DNA from: Alphaproteobacteria bacterium
GTDB taxonomy: Bacteria; Pseudomonadota; Alphaproteobacteria; Bin95
Direction of reading: 5' to 3'
Length of the DNA: 64,000 nt
Assembly: GCA_964291285.2 (NCBI GenBank)
Contig: OZ219785.1
Coordinates: 320,001-384,000, forward strand
Position numbers and translations under genes: made by a program
Notes under the pieces: generated by a model
Databases searched by the model: none
The model's input: only the letters and a program-made list of their open reading frames with translations
What the model was told of the DNA's origin: nothing
Shown here: piece by piece, positions 32,182 to 41,915 of the stretch
Layout: the number at the start of each line of letters is the position of its first letter
Numbering within the stretch: the stretch's first letter is position 1

Positions 32182-32739
32182 TCAAGCTCCTTTCATGGAG
32201 AGTTCGAGCCGGCGCAGCCGGGAGCCGAGCGAGCTGTCGAAAAGCCGCGAACCGAGCCTGACGACCAGTCCGCCGAGAATGTCGGGATCGACCCTGAGGT
32301 CGATGGAAACCCTGCCGCCCGCGACGGCGCCGAGCGCCGATTCCAGCGAGCGGAGCTGTGCGTCGTCGAGCGCGTGCGCCACGGTGACTTCGGCCGTCAC
32401 CTCGCCCCGGCGCGCGGCCAGCACGGCGAGGAACCGCTCGGCGATGGCCTGGAGCGCGAACAGCCGGCCGTGGCGCGCGACGACGCCGATGAAATTGCGG
32501 GTGAGGTCCGAGAAGCCGGCCCGCTCCGCCACGGCCTGCATGGCGCGCGCGCGGTCCTCGCGGGCGATCAGCGGCGAGCGCGCGACATGAGTGAGCTCCG
32601 GGCTTCCCTCCAGCAGCGCCTTCAGCGCCTCCAGGTCTTCCGCGACCCGGTCGAGCGCCTTGTTTTCCTCGGCCAGTTCCAGCAGGGCGGTCGCATAGCG
32701 CCCGGCGAGTGCGGAAACGGGTCCTGCCTGAGAAGCCAC
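32182..32739 (-). CDS. atpH: ATP synthase F1 delta subunit
   Basis: GTG start; AGRYATALLELA..VDPDILGGLVVRLGSRLFDSS. Confidence 0.95.
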   Translation of the reverse strand: MASQAGPVSALAGRYATALLELAEENKALDRVAEDLEALKALLEGSPELTHVARSPLIAREDRARAMQAVAERAGFSDLTRNFIGVVARHGRLFALQAIAERFLAVLAARRGEVTAEVTVAHALDDAQLRSLESALGAVAGGRVSIDLRVDPDILGGLVVRLGSRLFDSSLGSRLRRLELSMKGA

Positions 32740-32977
32740 GAGATGATGTCCCCGAAATGCGTGCCGCTTCCGATCCGCCGCCGGACCGGGCGCAACGGGC
32801 GCGGGCCCGGGAGCGCCGCGCGGGCCTCCTGCTATCACAGCGCCCGCCGGAGCCGCAACCGAACCCCCCGCGACATATTGGCAAGGCGGCGCGAATATGG
32901 TGTCTATGTGGTGTTGAATTCGGACGCTGCCGGCCTTACCTTGCGCGCACCGGATCGAACCCCGGAAGGAGGCCGCG

Positions 32978-33244
32978 ATGGAAGTCGCCATACGCGAGGC
33001 GAAAGCCCGCCTCTCCGAACTGGTTGCCGCCGCCGGGAACGGCGAGCGCGTCGTCATCACGAAGCACGGGCGCCCGGCGGCCGAACTGGTCGCCTGCAAG
33101 CCGCGCGGCGGCATCGATTTCGACAAGCTGGACAAGATACGGGAACGCCTCGGCATCGTCGGGGACGGGGAGCCCTGGCCGGAAAAATGGAACGACCCCG
33201 CCTTCAGCCGGCAGGTGCTGGGGCTGGAGGACGAGGACGGGTAA
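32978..33244 (+). CDS. Phd/YefM-family antitoxin
   Basis: MEVAIREAKARLSELVAAAGNGERVVITKHGRPAAELV; GGAGG RBS. Confidence 0.92.
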   Translation: MEVAIREAKARLSELVAAAGNGERVVITKHGRPAAELVACKPRGGIDFDKLDKIRERLGIVGDGEPWPEKWNDPAFSRQVLGLEDEDG

Positions 33245-33248
33245 CGGG

Positions 33249-33656
33249 GTGCGGATTCTCCTCGACACCCACTGGCTCTACGATTTCATGGAGGCTCCGG
33301 GGAAACTGCCGGCAACCGCGCGGCGATTTCTGGTCGACCGGAATACGCAGCTGTTTTCGAGCGCCGTATCCATCTGGGAAATGCGGCTCAAGTTCCATGC
33401 CCGCCACCGGGACGGCGCGCGCAAGCGCCGCTTCGACCCGAACGACGTGCTGGCGGCGCTGGAGGACCTGGCCATCCCGGTGCTCGCCATGACCCCGGCC
33501 CACGCCGCGCGGCCGCTCGAAACGCCGCTTCCCCACCGCGACCCGTTCGACGAACTGCTGCTCGTCCAGGCCCAGGAGGAAAGCCTCAGGCTGCTGACCC
33601 GCGACCGGCTTCTCCTCGCCCACCCGCTGGCGGTTTCGGCAGGCGCGGCTGCATAG
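33249..33656 (+). CDS. vapC: VapC-family PIN-domain toxin
   Basis: (V)RILLDTH..SSAVSIWEM..HRDPFDELLLVQAQEE..LLTRD. Confidence 0.92.
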   Translation: MRILLDTHWLYDFMEAPGKLPATARRFLVDRNTQLFSSAVSIWEMRLKFHARHRDGARKRRFDPNDVLAALEDLAIPVLAMTPAHAARPLETPLPHRDPFDELLLVQAQEESLRLLTRDRLLLAHPLAVSAGAAA

Positions 33657-33671
33657 CGTAGCGCGGGCCCC

Positions 33672-35834
33672 TCACATGAAGCTGTAGGGGTCCACGTCGA
33701 TCTGGAGGGAGACGCTGGCGGGCAGGCGGACGGAGCCGAGCCAGGCGCGCAGCACGGGTTGCACCACCCGCTCGCGCGGGGCCTTGAGCAGGAGGCGCCA
33801 GCGGTGGCGGCCGCGGAGCAGGGAGAGCGGCGCGGGCGCGGGGCCGAGCACGTCCGCCTCCCCGCCCTGGGGCGCGGCGCGGGCGAGCGCGCGGGCGGCC
33901 GCCTCCACAGCCGTCGCGTCCCGCGAGGCCAGCACCAGCGCCGCCAGCCTGCCGTAAGGCGGCATGCCGGCCGCGCGGCGGCCCTCCCGCTCGGCCTCGA
34001 GGAACGCCTGCCGGTCGCCCGAGGCCAGCGCCTGCATCACCGGGTTCTCCGGCTGCCAGGTCTGCACCAGCACGCGCCCCGGCCGCTCCGCCCGCCCGGC
34101 GCGGCCGGCGACCTGGGTCAGCAATTGGTGGGTGCGCTCGGAGGCGCGCAGGTCGCCGCCGGCAAGGCCGAGATCGCCGTCCACCACGCCGACGGCCGTC
34201 AGCCAGGGGAAATGGTGCCCCTTGGCGGCAAGCTGCGTGCCGATGATGAGGTCGATCTCGCGCGCCTCCACCTTCTCCACGAATTCCGCGGCGGCGCGCG
34301 GCCCGCGCACGCTGTCGCTCGAAAACACGCCGAGCCGCGCCTCTGGGAAGAGCGCCGCCGCCTCCTCGGCGATGCGTTCCACGCCGGGCCCGCAGGCAAT
34401 GAGGCTGTCCTCCGCCCCGCAGGCCGGGCACTCTGCGGGCGGCGGGCCGGCATAGCCGCAATGGTGGCATTGCAGCCGCCCGGCCAGCCTGTGCTCCACC
34501 AGCCAGGCGCTGCAATGGGGGCACTCGATCCGGTGCCCGCAGGCGCGGCAGAGCGTGAGCGGCGCATAGCCCCGCCGGTTGAGGAACAGCAGCGCCTGCT
34601 CGCCGGCATCGAGGGCTGCGCGGAGCGCCGACTCCAGGGGCGCGGCGAGCCACTGCCCGCGCGGCGGCGGGCTCCGGCGCAGGTCGATCAGCGACACTTC
34701 CGGCAGGGCCGCCCGCCTGTAGCGCTCCGCCAGCCTGAGCCGCCGGTATCGCCCGGCGCGGACGTTCTCCTCGCTTTCGAGCGACGGCGTGGCCGAGGCG
34801 AGCACGACCGGCACATCCTCCAGCCGGGCGCGCAGCACGGCCATGTCGCGCGCGTGGTAGGCGACCCCGTCCTCCTGCTTGAAGGCCGGCTCGTGCTCCT
34901 CGTCCACCACGATGGCGCCGAGTTCGGGGAAGGGCAGGAAGAGGGCCGAGCGCGCGCCGACGACCACCCGCGTCCCGCCCTCCGCAACCGCCCGCCAGCC
35001 GGTGCGCCGCTCGCCGGCCGGCAGGTCCGAATGCCAGGCGAGCGGCCGTGCGCCGAACCGCGCCTCGAAGCGCTGCATCCACTGGGCCGTCAGCGCGATC
35101 TCCGGCAGCAGGATGAGCGCCTGCCGGCCCCGCCGGAGCGCGGCCGCGACCGCCTCGAAATAGACCTCCGTCTTGCCCGCCCCGGCGACGCCTTCGAGCA
35201 GCGACACGGAGAAGCCGGCGCCGCCGAGTTCCGCCGCCGCCGCCGCCTGCTCTCCCGTCAGCGCGACGCGCCCGCTGTCCGGGTCGGGCGCAGTGAAGTC
35301 CGGCCCCGGCGGCAGCGCGACCGGCTCGACCGCACCCAGCGCCGCGAGGCCCTTGAGGACGCCCGGCCCGACACCCGTCCTGCGCGCGATTTCGGCCGCG
35401 GTCAGCGCGCCGCCGCCCGCCAGCGCCTCCAGCACGAGCCGGCGCTGGGGCGTCGCGCGCATGGCCGGCGGCGGGATATCGGCCGGCCGCCAGGCGCGGC
35501 GCGGCCTCGGAGGCTCCAGCGCGGCCGGCACGCTCAGCGCCATGCGCAGCACCGAGCCCGGCGGCGAGAGCGTGTAGTTCGCGACCCGCGCGACGAAGCG
35601 GCGGAGCGCGGGTCGCATCGGCGGAATGTCGAAGCGCCGCGCCACGGGCTTCAGGCGCTCCGGCGCGACGCCGCCCGGCCCGTCGTCCCAGACGACGCCG
35701 CGCACAAGGCGCCGTCCGAGCGGCACTTCCACAATGTCGCCGGGCGCGAGCGCCTCGCCGAGATAGTCGTAGGGACCCGGCAGCGGCAGCGGCAGCAGGA
35801 CCGGCACGGTTGTGGCGCGGTTCGGGGCGGACAT
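33672..35834 (-). CDS. priA: Primosomal protein N'
   Basis: [29 protein letters not shown], two Zn-binding CxxC pairs, QVAGRAGR. Start approximate. Confidence 0.96.
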   Translation of the reverse strand: MSAPNRATTVPVLLPLPLPGPYDYLGEALAPGDIVEVPLGRRLVRGVVWDDGPGGVAPERLKPVARRFDIPPMRPALRRFVARVANYTLSPPGSVLRMALSVPAALEPPRPRRAWRPADIPPPAMRATPQRRLVLEALAGGGALTAAEIARRTGVGPGVLKGLAALGAVEPVALPPGPDFTAPDPDSGRVALTGEQAAAAAELGGAGFSVSLLEGVAGAGKTEVYFEAVAAALRRGRQALILLPEIALTAQWMQRFEARFGARPLAWHSDLPAGERRTGWRAVAEGGTRVVVGARSALFLPFPELGAIVVDEEHEPAFKQEDGVAYHARDMAVLRARLEDVPVVLASATPSLESEENVRAGRYRRLRLAERYRRAALPEVSLIDLRRSPPPRGQWLAAPLESALRAALDAGEQALLFLNRRGYAPLTLCRACGHRIECPHCSAWLVEHRLAGRLQCHHCGYAGPPPAECPACGAEDSLIACGPGVERIAEEAAALFPEARLGVFSSDSVRGPRAAAEFVEKVEAREIDLIIGTQLAAKGHHFPWLTAVGVVDGDLGLAGGDLRASERTHQLLTQVAGRAGRAERPGRVLVQTWQPENPVMQALASGDRQAFLEAEREGRRAAGMPPYGRLAALVLASRDATAVEAAARALARAAPQGGEADVLGPAPAPLSLLRGRHRWRLLLKAPRERVVQPVLRAWLGSVRLPASVSLQIDVDPYSFM

Positions 35835-35879
35835 GTATAGAGTCATAACCGTTTGCAGCGACGATAAGGGCGGGTTGCC

Positions 35880-36557
35880 ATGAAATTCTTTGTCGATACC
35901 GCCGATCTGGCGGAAATCCGCGACATGGCCGGGGCGGGCATGGTCGACGGCGTCACCACCAACCCCTCGCTGATCGCGAAAAGCGGCCGCCCGCTGCTGG
36001 AGGCGATCGCCGACATCTGTGCCCTTGTGGACGGGCCGGTGAGCGCGGAGGTCACCGCGACCGACCACGACACCATGCTGGCGGAGGGCCGGCGGCTCGC
36101 CGCCATCGCGCCCAATGTGGCGGTCAAGGTGCCGCTCACCGTGGACGGGCTGCGCACCTGCAGGGCGCTTGCCGACGAGGGCGTGACGGTCAATGTCACC
36201 CTCTGCTTCTCGCCCCAGCAGGCCCTGCTGGCGGCGCGGGCGGGCGCGGGCTTCATCTCCCCCTTCGTCGGGCGCCTCGACGATCTCGGCCAGGACGGCA
36301 TCGGGCTCGTGCGCGACATCTGCGAGATCTACCGCGCCTATGACGGCATCGGCACCGAGGTGCTCGCGGCGTCGGTCCGCGGCCCCCTGCATGTGGTCGA
36401 GGCGGCCCGTTGCGGCGCCCATGCGGCCACGGTGCCGCCGCAGACCCTGCGCCAGCTCTACCGCCATCCGCTGACGGATGCGGGGCTCGAAGCCTTCCTC
36501 GCGGACTGGCGCAAGACCGGCCAGTCGATCCTCGGCCTGCCCGAGGCCGCGGACTAG
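35880..36557 (+). CDS. fsa: Transaldolase / fructose-6-phosphate aldolase
   Basis: [35 protein letters not shown]. Confidence 0.95.
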   Translation: MKFFVDTADLAEIRDMAGAGMVDGVTTNPSLIAKSGRPLLEAIADICALVDGPVSAEVTATDHDTMLAEGRRLAAIAPNVAVKVPLTVDGLRTCRALADEGVTVNVTLCFSPQQALLAARAGAGFISPFVGRLDDLGQDGIGLVRDICEIYRAYDGIGTEVLAASVRGPLHVVEAARCGAHAATVPPQTLRQLYRHPLTDAGLEAFLADWRKTGQSILGLPEAAD

Positions 36558-36576
36558 CCCGCCCGTGCCCGAACCC

Positions 36577-37245
36577 ATGTCGGACGAGGTCGCCGAATAT
36601 CTCCGGCGCAATCCGGATTTCCTGCGCCGTCATCCCGACCTGCTGACGGTGCTGTCCCCGCCGGGGCGCGACGAGGGCGGCGTGGTGGACCTCCAGCGCG
36701 TCATGGTCGAGCGCGAGCGGCAGAACAACAGCGAACTGCGCGAGGCGTTGCAGGAATTGCTCGAAATCGGGGCGAGCAACCAGTCCGGCATGTCGCGGGT
36801 CCACGATGCGGCGCTCCGCGCGGCGGGCCGGCGGCGGTTCGCGGAGCTTGCCGCCATCGTCGCCGGCGCATGGCCGGATATCCTCGGATGCGACGGGGCG
36901 GCGCTTGCCTTCGAGACGCGCGCCGAGGCGCTGCCGGCCGCGCCGGGTTTCGCGGCGCTCGCGCCGCGCCGGGTGGACACGCTGGTCGGCGAAGGCGATG
37001 CCCGGCTCGAGGGCGGGCTGAAGGGAGGCCCCGCGGACCTCTTCGGCGCGGAGGCGAAAGCGGTGGCGAGCATGGCCCTGCTGCGCCTCGATACCGGGCC
37101 GCGCGGCCCGGCCGGCCTGCTCGCGCTCTCTTCGCGGGACCCGGAGCATTTCCAGACCGGGCAGGGAACCGAATTGCTGGCCTTCCTCGCGCGCATGGTC
37201 TCGGCGCAACTGCCGGCGCTGATCGACCCGCCCGAAGCGCTATGA
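36577..37245 (+). CDS. DUF484-family protein
   Basis: [30 protein letters not shown], directly upstream of xerC. Alternative GTG start at 36565. Confidence 0.88.
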   Translation: MSDEVAEYLRRNPDFLRRHPDLLTVLSPPGRDEGGVVDLQRVMVERERQNNSELREALQELLEIGASNQSGMSRVHDAALRAAGRRRFAELAAIVAGAWPDILGCDGAALAFETRAEALPAAPGFAALAPRRVDTLVGEGDARLEGGLKGGPADLFGAEAKAVASMALLRLDTGPRGPAGLLALSSRDPEHFQTGQGTELLAFLARMVSAQLPALIDPPEAL

Positions 37246-38144
37246 CGCCGGAGACCGCCAGGCTGCTGGAAGACTGGCGCGGCTGGCTCGCGCATGAGCG
37301 CGGCTTCTCGAGGCACACCGTCTCCGGCTACCGGCGGGACGCGGCCGATTTCGTGGCGTTTCTCGAAGGCTATACCAGCGAACCCGTCTCGCCTGCGGGC
37401 CTGACGAAGATCGAGCCGCGCGACATCCGCGCCTGGCTCGCCGAGCGCGCGCGCGGCGGCATGGGCGCCTCCTCGCGCGCCCGCGGCCTCTCGGCGCTGC
37501 GCAGCTGGCTGCGCTGGCTGGCGCGCCGGGGCGTCGGCGATGCGGCGGCGCTTACCGGCATCCGCACGCCGAAACTGCCGCGCCCGGTGCCCAAGGCGCT
37601 CGCGCGCGACGAGACCGACCGCCTGCTCGCCGCGCCCGGCGAGGAATGGCAGGACCGCCGCGACCTGGCGCTGTTCTCCCTGCTTTACGGCGCCGGGCTC
37701 AGGATCGGCGAGGCGCTCGCGCTCGACGGGCGCGCCTTCGAGGCCGGGGACACGCTGCGCGTCATCGGCAAGGGGCGGAAGGAGCGGGTGGTGCCGCTGC
37801 TGGCGGCGGTCCGCGAGGCGGCGTCCGCCTATCGCAGGACCTGCCCGTTTCCGCTGCTGGCGGAGGGGCCGTTCTTCCTCGGCGCGCGCGGCGGGCGCCT
37901 GCAGGCCGGCGTCGCGCAACTCCGGCTCCGGCGCCTGCGCGCCCGGCTGGACCTGCCCGAAACCGCGACGCCGCACGCGCTCCGCCACAGCTTCGCGACC
38001 CACCTGCTGGGCGCCGGCGCGGACCTCAGGACCATCCAGGAATTGCTGGGGCACGCCTCGCTCGCCACGACGCAACGCTACACATCCGTCGATGTCGCCC
38101 ATCTGGAAAGGGTGTTCCGCGCCGCCCATCCGAGAGCGAGATGA
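37242..38144 (+). CDS. xerC: Tyrosine recombinase XerC
   Basis: ERGFSRHT, LLYGAGLRIGE, GKGRKERVVP, TPHALRHSFATHLL, QELLGHASLATTQRYT. Confidence 0.95.
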   Translation: MTPETARLLEDWRGWLAHERGFSRHTVSGYRRDAADFVAFLEGYTSEPVSPAGLTKIEPRDIRAWLAERARGGMGASSRARGLSALRSWLRWLARRGVGDAAALTGIRTPKLPRPVPKALARDETDRLLAAPGEEWQDRRDLALFSLLYGAGLRIGEALALDGRAFEAGDTLRVIGKGRKERVVPLLAAVREAASAYRRTCPFPLLAEGPFFLGARGGRLQAGVAQLRLRRLRARLDLPETATPHALRHSFATHLLGAGADLRTIQELLGHASLATTQRYTSVDVAHLERVFRAAHPRAR

Positions 38145-38206
38145 GCATTGGCAAGCAGCTCCTTCTGTTATAGTCCCGCGATTCGACGCTGCCGGAGCGC
38201 CATGCC

Positions 38207-38974
38207 GTGACGATGCCCCTGGTCGGAATTTCGGCCTGTACCAAGACCTTCCACACCTTCCCGGTGCATTCGGTCCATTCCCGTTTCGCCGAGGTCGTGG
38301 TGGAGGTCGTGGGGGCCGCGCCGCTGCTCGTCCCGCCGGTCGGCGAGCATATCGACATTCCGGACCTCGTGTCGCGTTTCGACGGCATCATCACCACCGG
38401 CAGCCCCTCCAATATCCAGCCGCATCTCTACGGCCAGGACACCGATCCCGAGAACACGAATTTCGATCCGGGCCGGGACGCCACCACGCTCCCCATGCTT
38501 CGCGAGGCGGCGCTTCAGGGCGTGCCCGTGCTCGCCATCTGCCGGGGCATCCAGGAGCTGAATGTCGCCTTCGGCGGCACGCTCCACCAGTTCGTCCACA
38601 AGGTGCCGGGCTGCCAGGACCACCGTTCGGTGAAGACCCGCCCGGTGCGCGGGCGGGCCGGGCTCCGCCATGCCGTGACCCTGGCGGAAGGTGGGCTTCT
38701 GCGCCGCATCGCCGGGGGCCGCAGCTTCGAGATGGTGAACTCGCTCCATGCCGAGGGGCTGGACCGGGTTGCCGACGGGTTCATGGTCGAGGCGCTTGCG
38801 CCCGACGGCGTGGTCGAGGCGATTTCGCGCCCGGCCGGCGCCTTCTGCCTCGGCGTCCAGTGGCACCCCGAAACGCTTTACCAGACCAACGCCTTCGCGC
38901 GCGCCATCTTCGCCGCCTTCGGGGATGCGGTGAAAGCCCGCATGATGGGCGCCGGCGCCATCCGGGCGGCATGA
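38207..38974 (+). CDS. Gamma-glutamyl-GABA hydrolase family (peptidase C26)
   Basis: TGSPSNI, AICRGIQELNVA, VNSLH, GVQWHPE. Confidence 0.92.
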   Translation: MTMPLVGISACTKTFHTFPVHSVHSRFAEVVVEVVGAAPLLVPPVGEHIDIPDLVSRFDGIITTGSPSNIQPHLYGQDTDPENTNFDPGRDATTLPMLREAALQGVPVLAICRGIQELNVAFGGTLHQFVHKVPGCQDHRSVKTRPVRGRAGLRHAVTLAEGGLLRRIAGGRSFEMVNSLHAEGLDRVADGFMVEALAPDGVVEAISRPAGAFCLGVQWHPETLYQTNAFARAIFAAFGDAVKARMMGAGAIRAA

Positions 38975-39906
38975 CGGCGGGGGCCGCCCGGCCGCCCTCG
39001 CTTCCCGAACCGTTCGCCGAAAGGCTGGTCGTCGCCGCCGATGACGGCCTTGAGCTCAGCCTCTACCGCCTGCGCGAAGGGAAGGATGGCGCGCCCGCCC
39101 TGCTCTGGGGCCACGCAAACGGCTTCCCGGCCGGCGGCTACGCGCCGCTGCTCCGCCTGCTGGCCCGCGACTTCCGCGTCTATGCCTACGATGCGCGCGG
39201 TCATGGCGGATCCGGCCTGCCCGACGGCGAGCCGGATTTCGACCGCTACGCCGCCGATCTCGATCTCGTCTGCCGGGCGGTCCAGGCGGATGCGGGCGGC
39301 GCGCCGCTCTTCTATGCCTCGCACAGCTTTTGCGGCGTGGCCGGCCTCAGGCTCGCCGGCGTGTTCGGACGCGAGCCGTGGGACGCCTTCACCGCGTTCG
39401 AGCCGCCGATATCCCCGCCCCTCGACCATCCGGCCAGGGACTTCTCGGTGGCGGCGTCGCTGGAACTGTCCGGCATGGCGCGCCGCCGCCGGCCGCGCTG
39501 GGCCGACCCGGAAACCTTCCGGCTGGCGCTCGCCGAACGGGACGCCTATCGCCGCTTCGACGCGGAAGCGCTTGCCGGCCACTGCCGGGGGTCCCTGCAC
39601 CCGACGGATGCGGGCGACTGGCAGCTTGCCTGTCCCGGGCCGCTCGAGGCGCATAACTACGAGGCGGCGCTCGACCCTTCGACCTATGAGGGGCTTGCCC
39701 GCATCGCCCGGCCGGTCACCTTCGTGGCGTCGGTGGACGGCGGCGCAACCGGCAATCCGAGCTGGGCGGCGACCGTGCAGGCCGATTGCGCCGAACGGGT
39801 GCCGAACGGACGGCTTGCGACATTTTCGCACGCCGGCCACCTGGTGCCGTTCGAGGACCCGCCGCGTTGCGCTGCGCAGATATGTCTTATGCTCGCTGAA
39901 GACTGA
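38971..39906 (+). CDS. Alpha/beta-fold hydrolase
   Basis: HANGF, DARGHG, SHSFCG nucleophile elbow, GHLVPFE. Confidence 0.88.
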   Translation: MTAGAARPPSLPEPFAERLVVAADDGLELSLYRLREGKDGAPALLWGHANGFPAGGYAPLLRLLARDFRVYAYDARGHGGSGLPDGEPDFDRYAADLDLVCRAVQADAGGAPLFYASHSFCGVAGLRLAGVFGREPWDAFTAFEPPISPPLDHPARDFSVAASLELSGMARRRRPRWADPETFRLALAERDAYRRFDAEALAGHCRGSLHPTDAGDWQLACPGPLEAHNYEAALDPSTYEGLARIARPVTFVASVDGGATGNPSWAATVQADCAERVPNGRLATFSHAGHLVPFEDPPRCAAQICLMLAED

Positions 39907-39966
39907 ATTTTTTCGGAAAATTTATACTATTGGACTTGTCAGGCGCGACATTCCGTCCTATCTTCT

Positions 39967-40076
39967 GGCGAAAGGCTGCACGCGGCTTTCTCGCCGCCTT
40001 GGGACTCCCCCTCTCGTCCCGCAGTCTTCGACGCCCTGAAGCGCCCGGTCTCCCCCCGACCGGGCGCTTCTCCTTT
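39967..40076 (+). ncRNA. Candidate three-hairpin small RNA with C-rich loops
   Basis: TTGTCA-N17-TATCTT promoter (39936-39964). Hairpins at 39967-39995 and 40001-40020 (loop UCCCCCUCUC), then a 13-bp stem at 40038-40070 (loop UCCCCCC) followed by UCCUUU. Confidence 0.5.
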
Positions 40077-40108
40077 CCGCGGGGCAGGCGGAGCGGTAGG
40101 GTAACGCC

Positions 40109-40759
40109 ATGAGTGAGATTCTCGTCGTCAATCCCAACAGCACCGAGGCCGTGACGGAGGCCATCGACCGGGCGGCGGAGCCCTTCCGCGCCGCCGGCGG
40201 GCCGGAAATCCGGGCGGCGACCAACCGCGCCGGCCCGCCCGGCATCCAGAGCCAGGGCGACGCCGACGGGGTCGTGCCGCATTTGCGCGCGATCGCGGCC
40301 GACAGCGATGCGGACGCGCTTGTGCTCGCCTGCTTTTCGGACCCCGGCCTGCATGTGCTGCGCGAGGACACGGGCAAACCCGTGATCGGCATCGCGGAGG
40401 CCGGCCTGCTGACGGCGCTGACGCTCGGCGAGCGGGTGGGCGTGCTCGCCATCCTCGCGCGCTCGGTGCCGCGGCATTTGCGCTATGTCCGCCAGATGGG
40501 CCTCGATGCGCGCTTCGCCGGAGACCGGCCCGTGGACCTCGAAGTGGTCGAGCTCGCGGACCCGGTCCGCACCCGCGCCCGCCTGCTGGAGACCGGCCGC
40601 GAGCTGCGCGACCGCGACGGCGCCGATGTCCTGGTGCTGGGCTGCGCCGGCATGGCGGACCAGCGCCCGGCGCTCGCCCAGGCGCTCGGCATGCCGGTGG
40701 TCGAACCCGTCCAGGCCGCCATCGGCATGGCCGTCGCCTCCGTCATGCGGGGATGGTGA
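40109..40759 (+). CDS. Asp/Glu/hydantoin racemase family protein
   Basis: VVNPNST, LACFSDPGL, PVIGIAEA, VLGCAGMA. Confidence 0.92.
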   Translation: MSEILVVNPNSTEAVTEAIDRAAEPFRAAGGPEIRAATNRAGPPGIQSQGDADGVVPHLRAIAADSDADALVLACFSDPGLHVLREDTGKPVIGIAEAGLLTALTLGERVGVLAILARSVPRHLRYVRQMGLDARFAGDRPVDLEVVELADPVRTRARLLETGRELRDRDGADVLVLGCAGMADQRPALAQALGMPVVEPVQAAIGMAVASVMRGW

Positions 40760-40889
40760 GATAATTCGCACGGCGCCCGCCGGTGCTGGCGCCCCTTCGG
40801 GCCCCCGTGAATCGCGAAGCCCGTCTTCGCCCGTTCGACGCCGCGACCGAACGGCAACGGGCGCGCCGGCCCGTTCGCATCTCCCATTT

Positions 40890-41495
40890 CCACGAAACAT
40901 GAAATATTTCCAATATTTTTGACTTCTGTTCGTGTTTTGATCTTGACATCTGGCGGATTGTGATATGATGGTCCCCAGGGAAGCGGACTCCGGAGCCGCG
41001 TCCCCGGGTGCCGCGCGGCCGAGCGACGCCGGTTTCTGAAAACCCGTGAGAAGCCGACGGGAGACGTGCGTCCTGCGTCTCGCGCGCGCAATCAGGCGCG
41101 CGAACCGCGCCGGCGCCGACACGCGCCCGGGCAGGCGCGGGCGCCCGCGCAGGATACGCGCGGAAAAGGGACCCCCTCCCCGTCGGAGAAGAGAGGAGAG
41201 ACGATGACCGCAACCGACCCCCAACTGGCCGCGATGCCGGCCGAAAAGCTGGCACCCGCCGCAGAGGCCCTTGCCAGCGCCTATGCGGAGGATAGGAGCG
41301 CAGCGCCGGCGGGTGGCAGCGCATGCTCCTCTTCCGCCCGGCGGGGGAGGAGGTCGAAGAGCGGAAAGCCCCATGCCCGAAACGGCTACAGCATATGAAC
41401 CCTGCGCATGCAGAACATGACATCTCATGACATATCGGAACACATGGCGAAGGAGGCCGGGCGCGCCTCATGACAAAACATGACATCCCATGACA
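40890..41495 (+). repeat. Dispersed element copy 1 (AT-rich promoter-like start, GC-rich conserved block, small ORF, CATGACA arrays)
   Basis: Homologous to the reverse complement of about 55745-56265. CATGACA at 41416, 41426, 41469, 41479 and 41489. The 5' boundary is approximate. Confidence 0.8.
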
Positions 41496-41579
41496 CGCAG
41501 GGGGTTCCTGCGACCGGGCGGCTTCGCGCGCGCCGCTTGCCAAACCGGGCCGGACGGAGTATCCCGCCGGCCTCGGCGA

Positions 41580-41654
41580 GACCCCATCGTCTAGAGGTTA
41601 GGACACCACCCTTTCAAGGTGGAGACACGGGTTCGATCCCCGTTGGGGTCACCA
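41580..41654 (+). tRNA. tRNA-Glu(TTC)
   Basis: Acceptor GACCCCA/TGGGGTC, anticodon arm CCACC-CTTTCAA-GGTGG, GGTTCGATCCC T-arm, encoded CCA. Confidence 0.97.
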
Positions 41655-41688
41655 CGCGGCACACCCCTCGCCAGGAGGCGCAACCCCC

Positions 41689-41910
41689 ATGTCCGAGCGG
41701 ACCCTGTCCATCGAATACTGCGTGGCTTGAAACTACTAGCCGCGCGCCCTCCGTGCGAGGGACATACTGCAGGCGAACACCGGCCTTGCCGTGGAACTGG
41801 TCAAGGGCGGGGGCGGCGTCTTCGAAATCCGGCGGGACGGCGCGACGCTGTTCTCCAAGAAGGCGACGGGGCGCTTCCCCACCGACGAGGAATTGCACGC
41901 GCTGCAATAG
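41689..41910 (+). CDS. SelW/SelT/SelH (Rdx) family selenoprotein with in-frame TGA (Sec) and an additional in-frame TAG
   Basis: AGGAGG RBS. Reads MSERTLSIEYCVA[TGA]NY[TAG]PRALRARDILQANTGLAVELVKGGGGVFEIRRDGATLFSKKATGRFPTDEELHALQ*. The IEYCxxU, GGVFEI and FSK..GRFP motifs are Rdx hallmarks. Absent from the ORF track; could be a recent pseudogene. Confidence 0.85.
41747..41761 (+). promoter_or_regulatory. Putative bacterial SECIS hairpin
   Basis: CCCTC-CGTGC-GAGGG; the apical loop begins 21 nt after the TGA and has G at loop position 2. Confidence 0.55.
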
Positions 41911-41915
41911 CCCGC

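Noticed and set aside
35835-36611. Apparent 260-aa N-terminal extension of PriA
   Set aside because: It overlaps the fsa gene on the opposite strand; PriA homology starts near 35834.
40928-40942. LexA box GTTC-N7-GATC in element copy 1
   Set aside because: One mismatch to the alphaproteobacterial GTTC-N7-GTTC consensus, and only a half-site at the comparable region of copy 2.
41416-41495. CATGACA arrays as a CRISPR array
   Set aside because: Repeats are 7 bp at a 10-bp period without unique 30-40 bp spacers, and there are no cas genes in the window.
41580-41654. tRNA as an amber/opal suppressor or tRNA-Sec serving the adjacent recoded gene
   Set aside because: The anticodon is TTC with a short variable loop, i.e. 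an ordinary tRNA-Glu.
41630-41660. tRNA 3' end as the attachment site of a genomic island
   Set aside because: I saw no duplicate of the tRNA 3' end and no integrase; xerC is the housekeeping copy beside DUF484.
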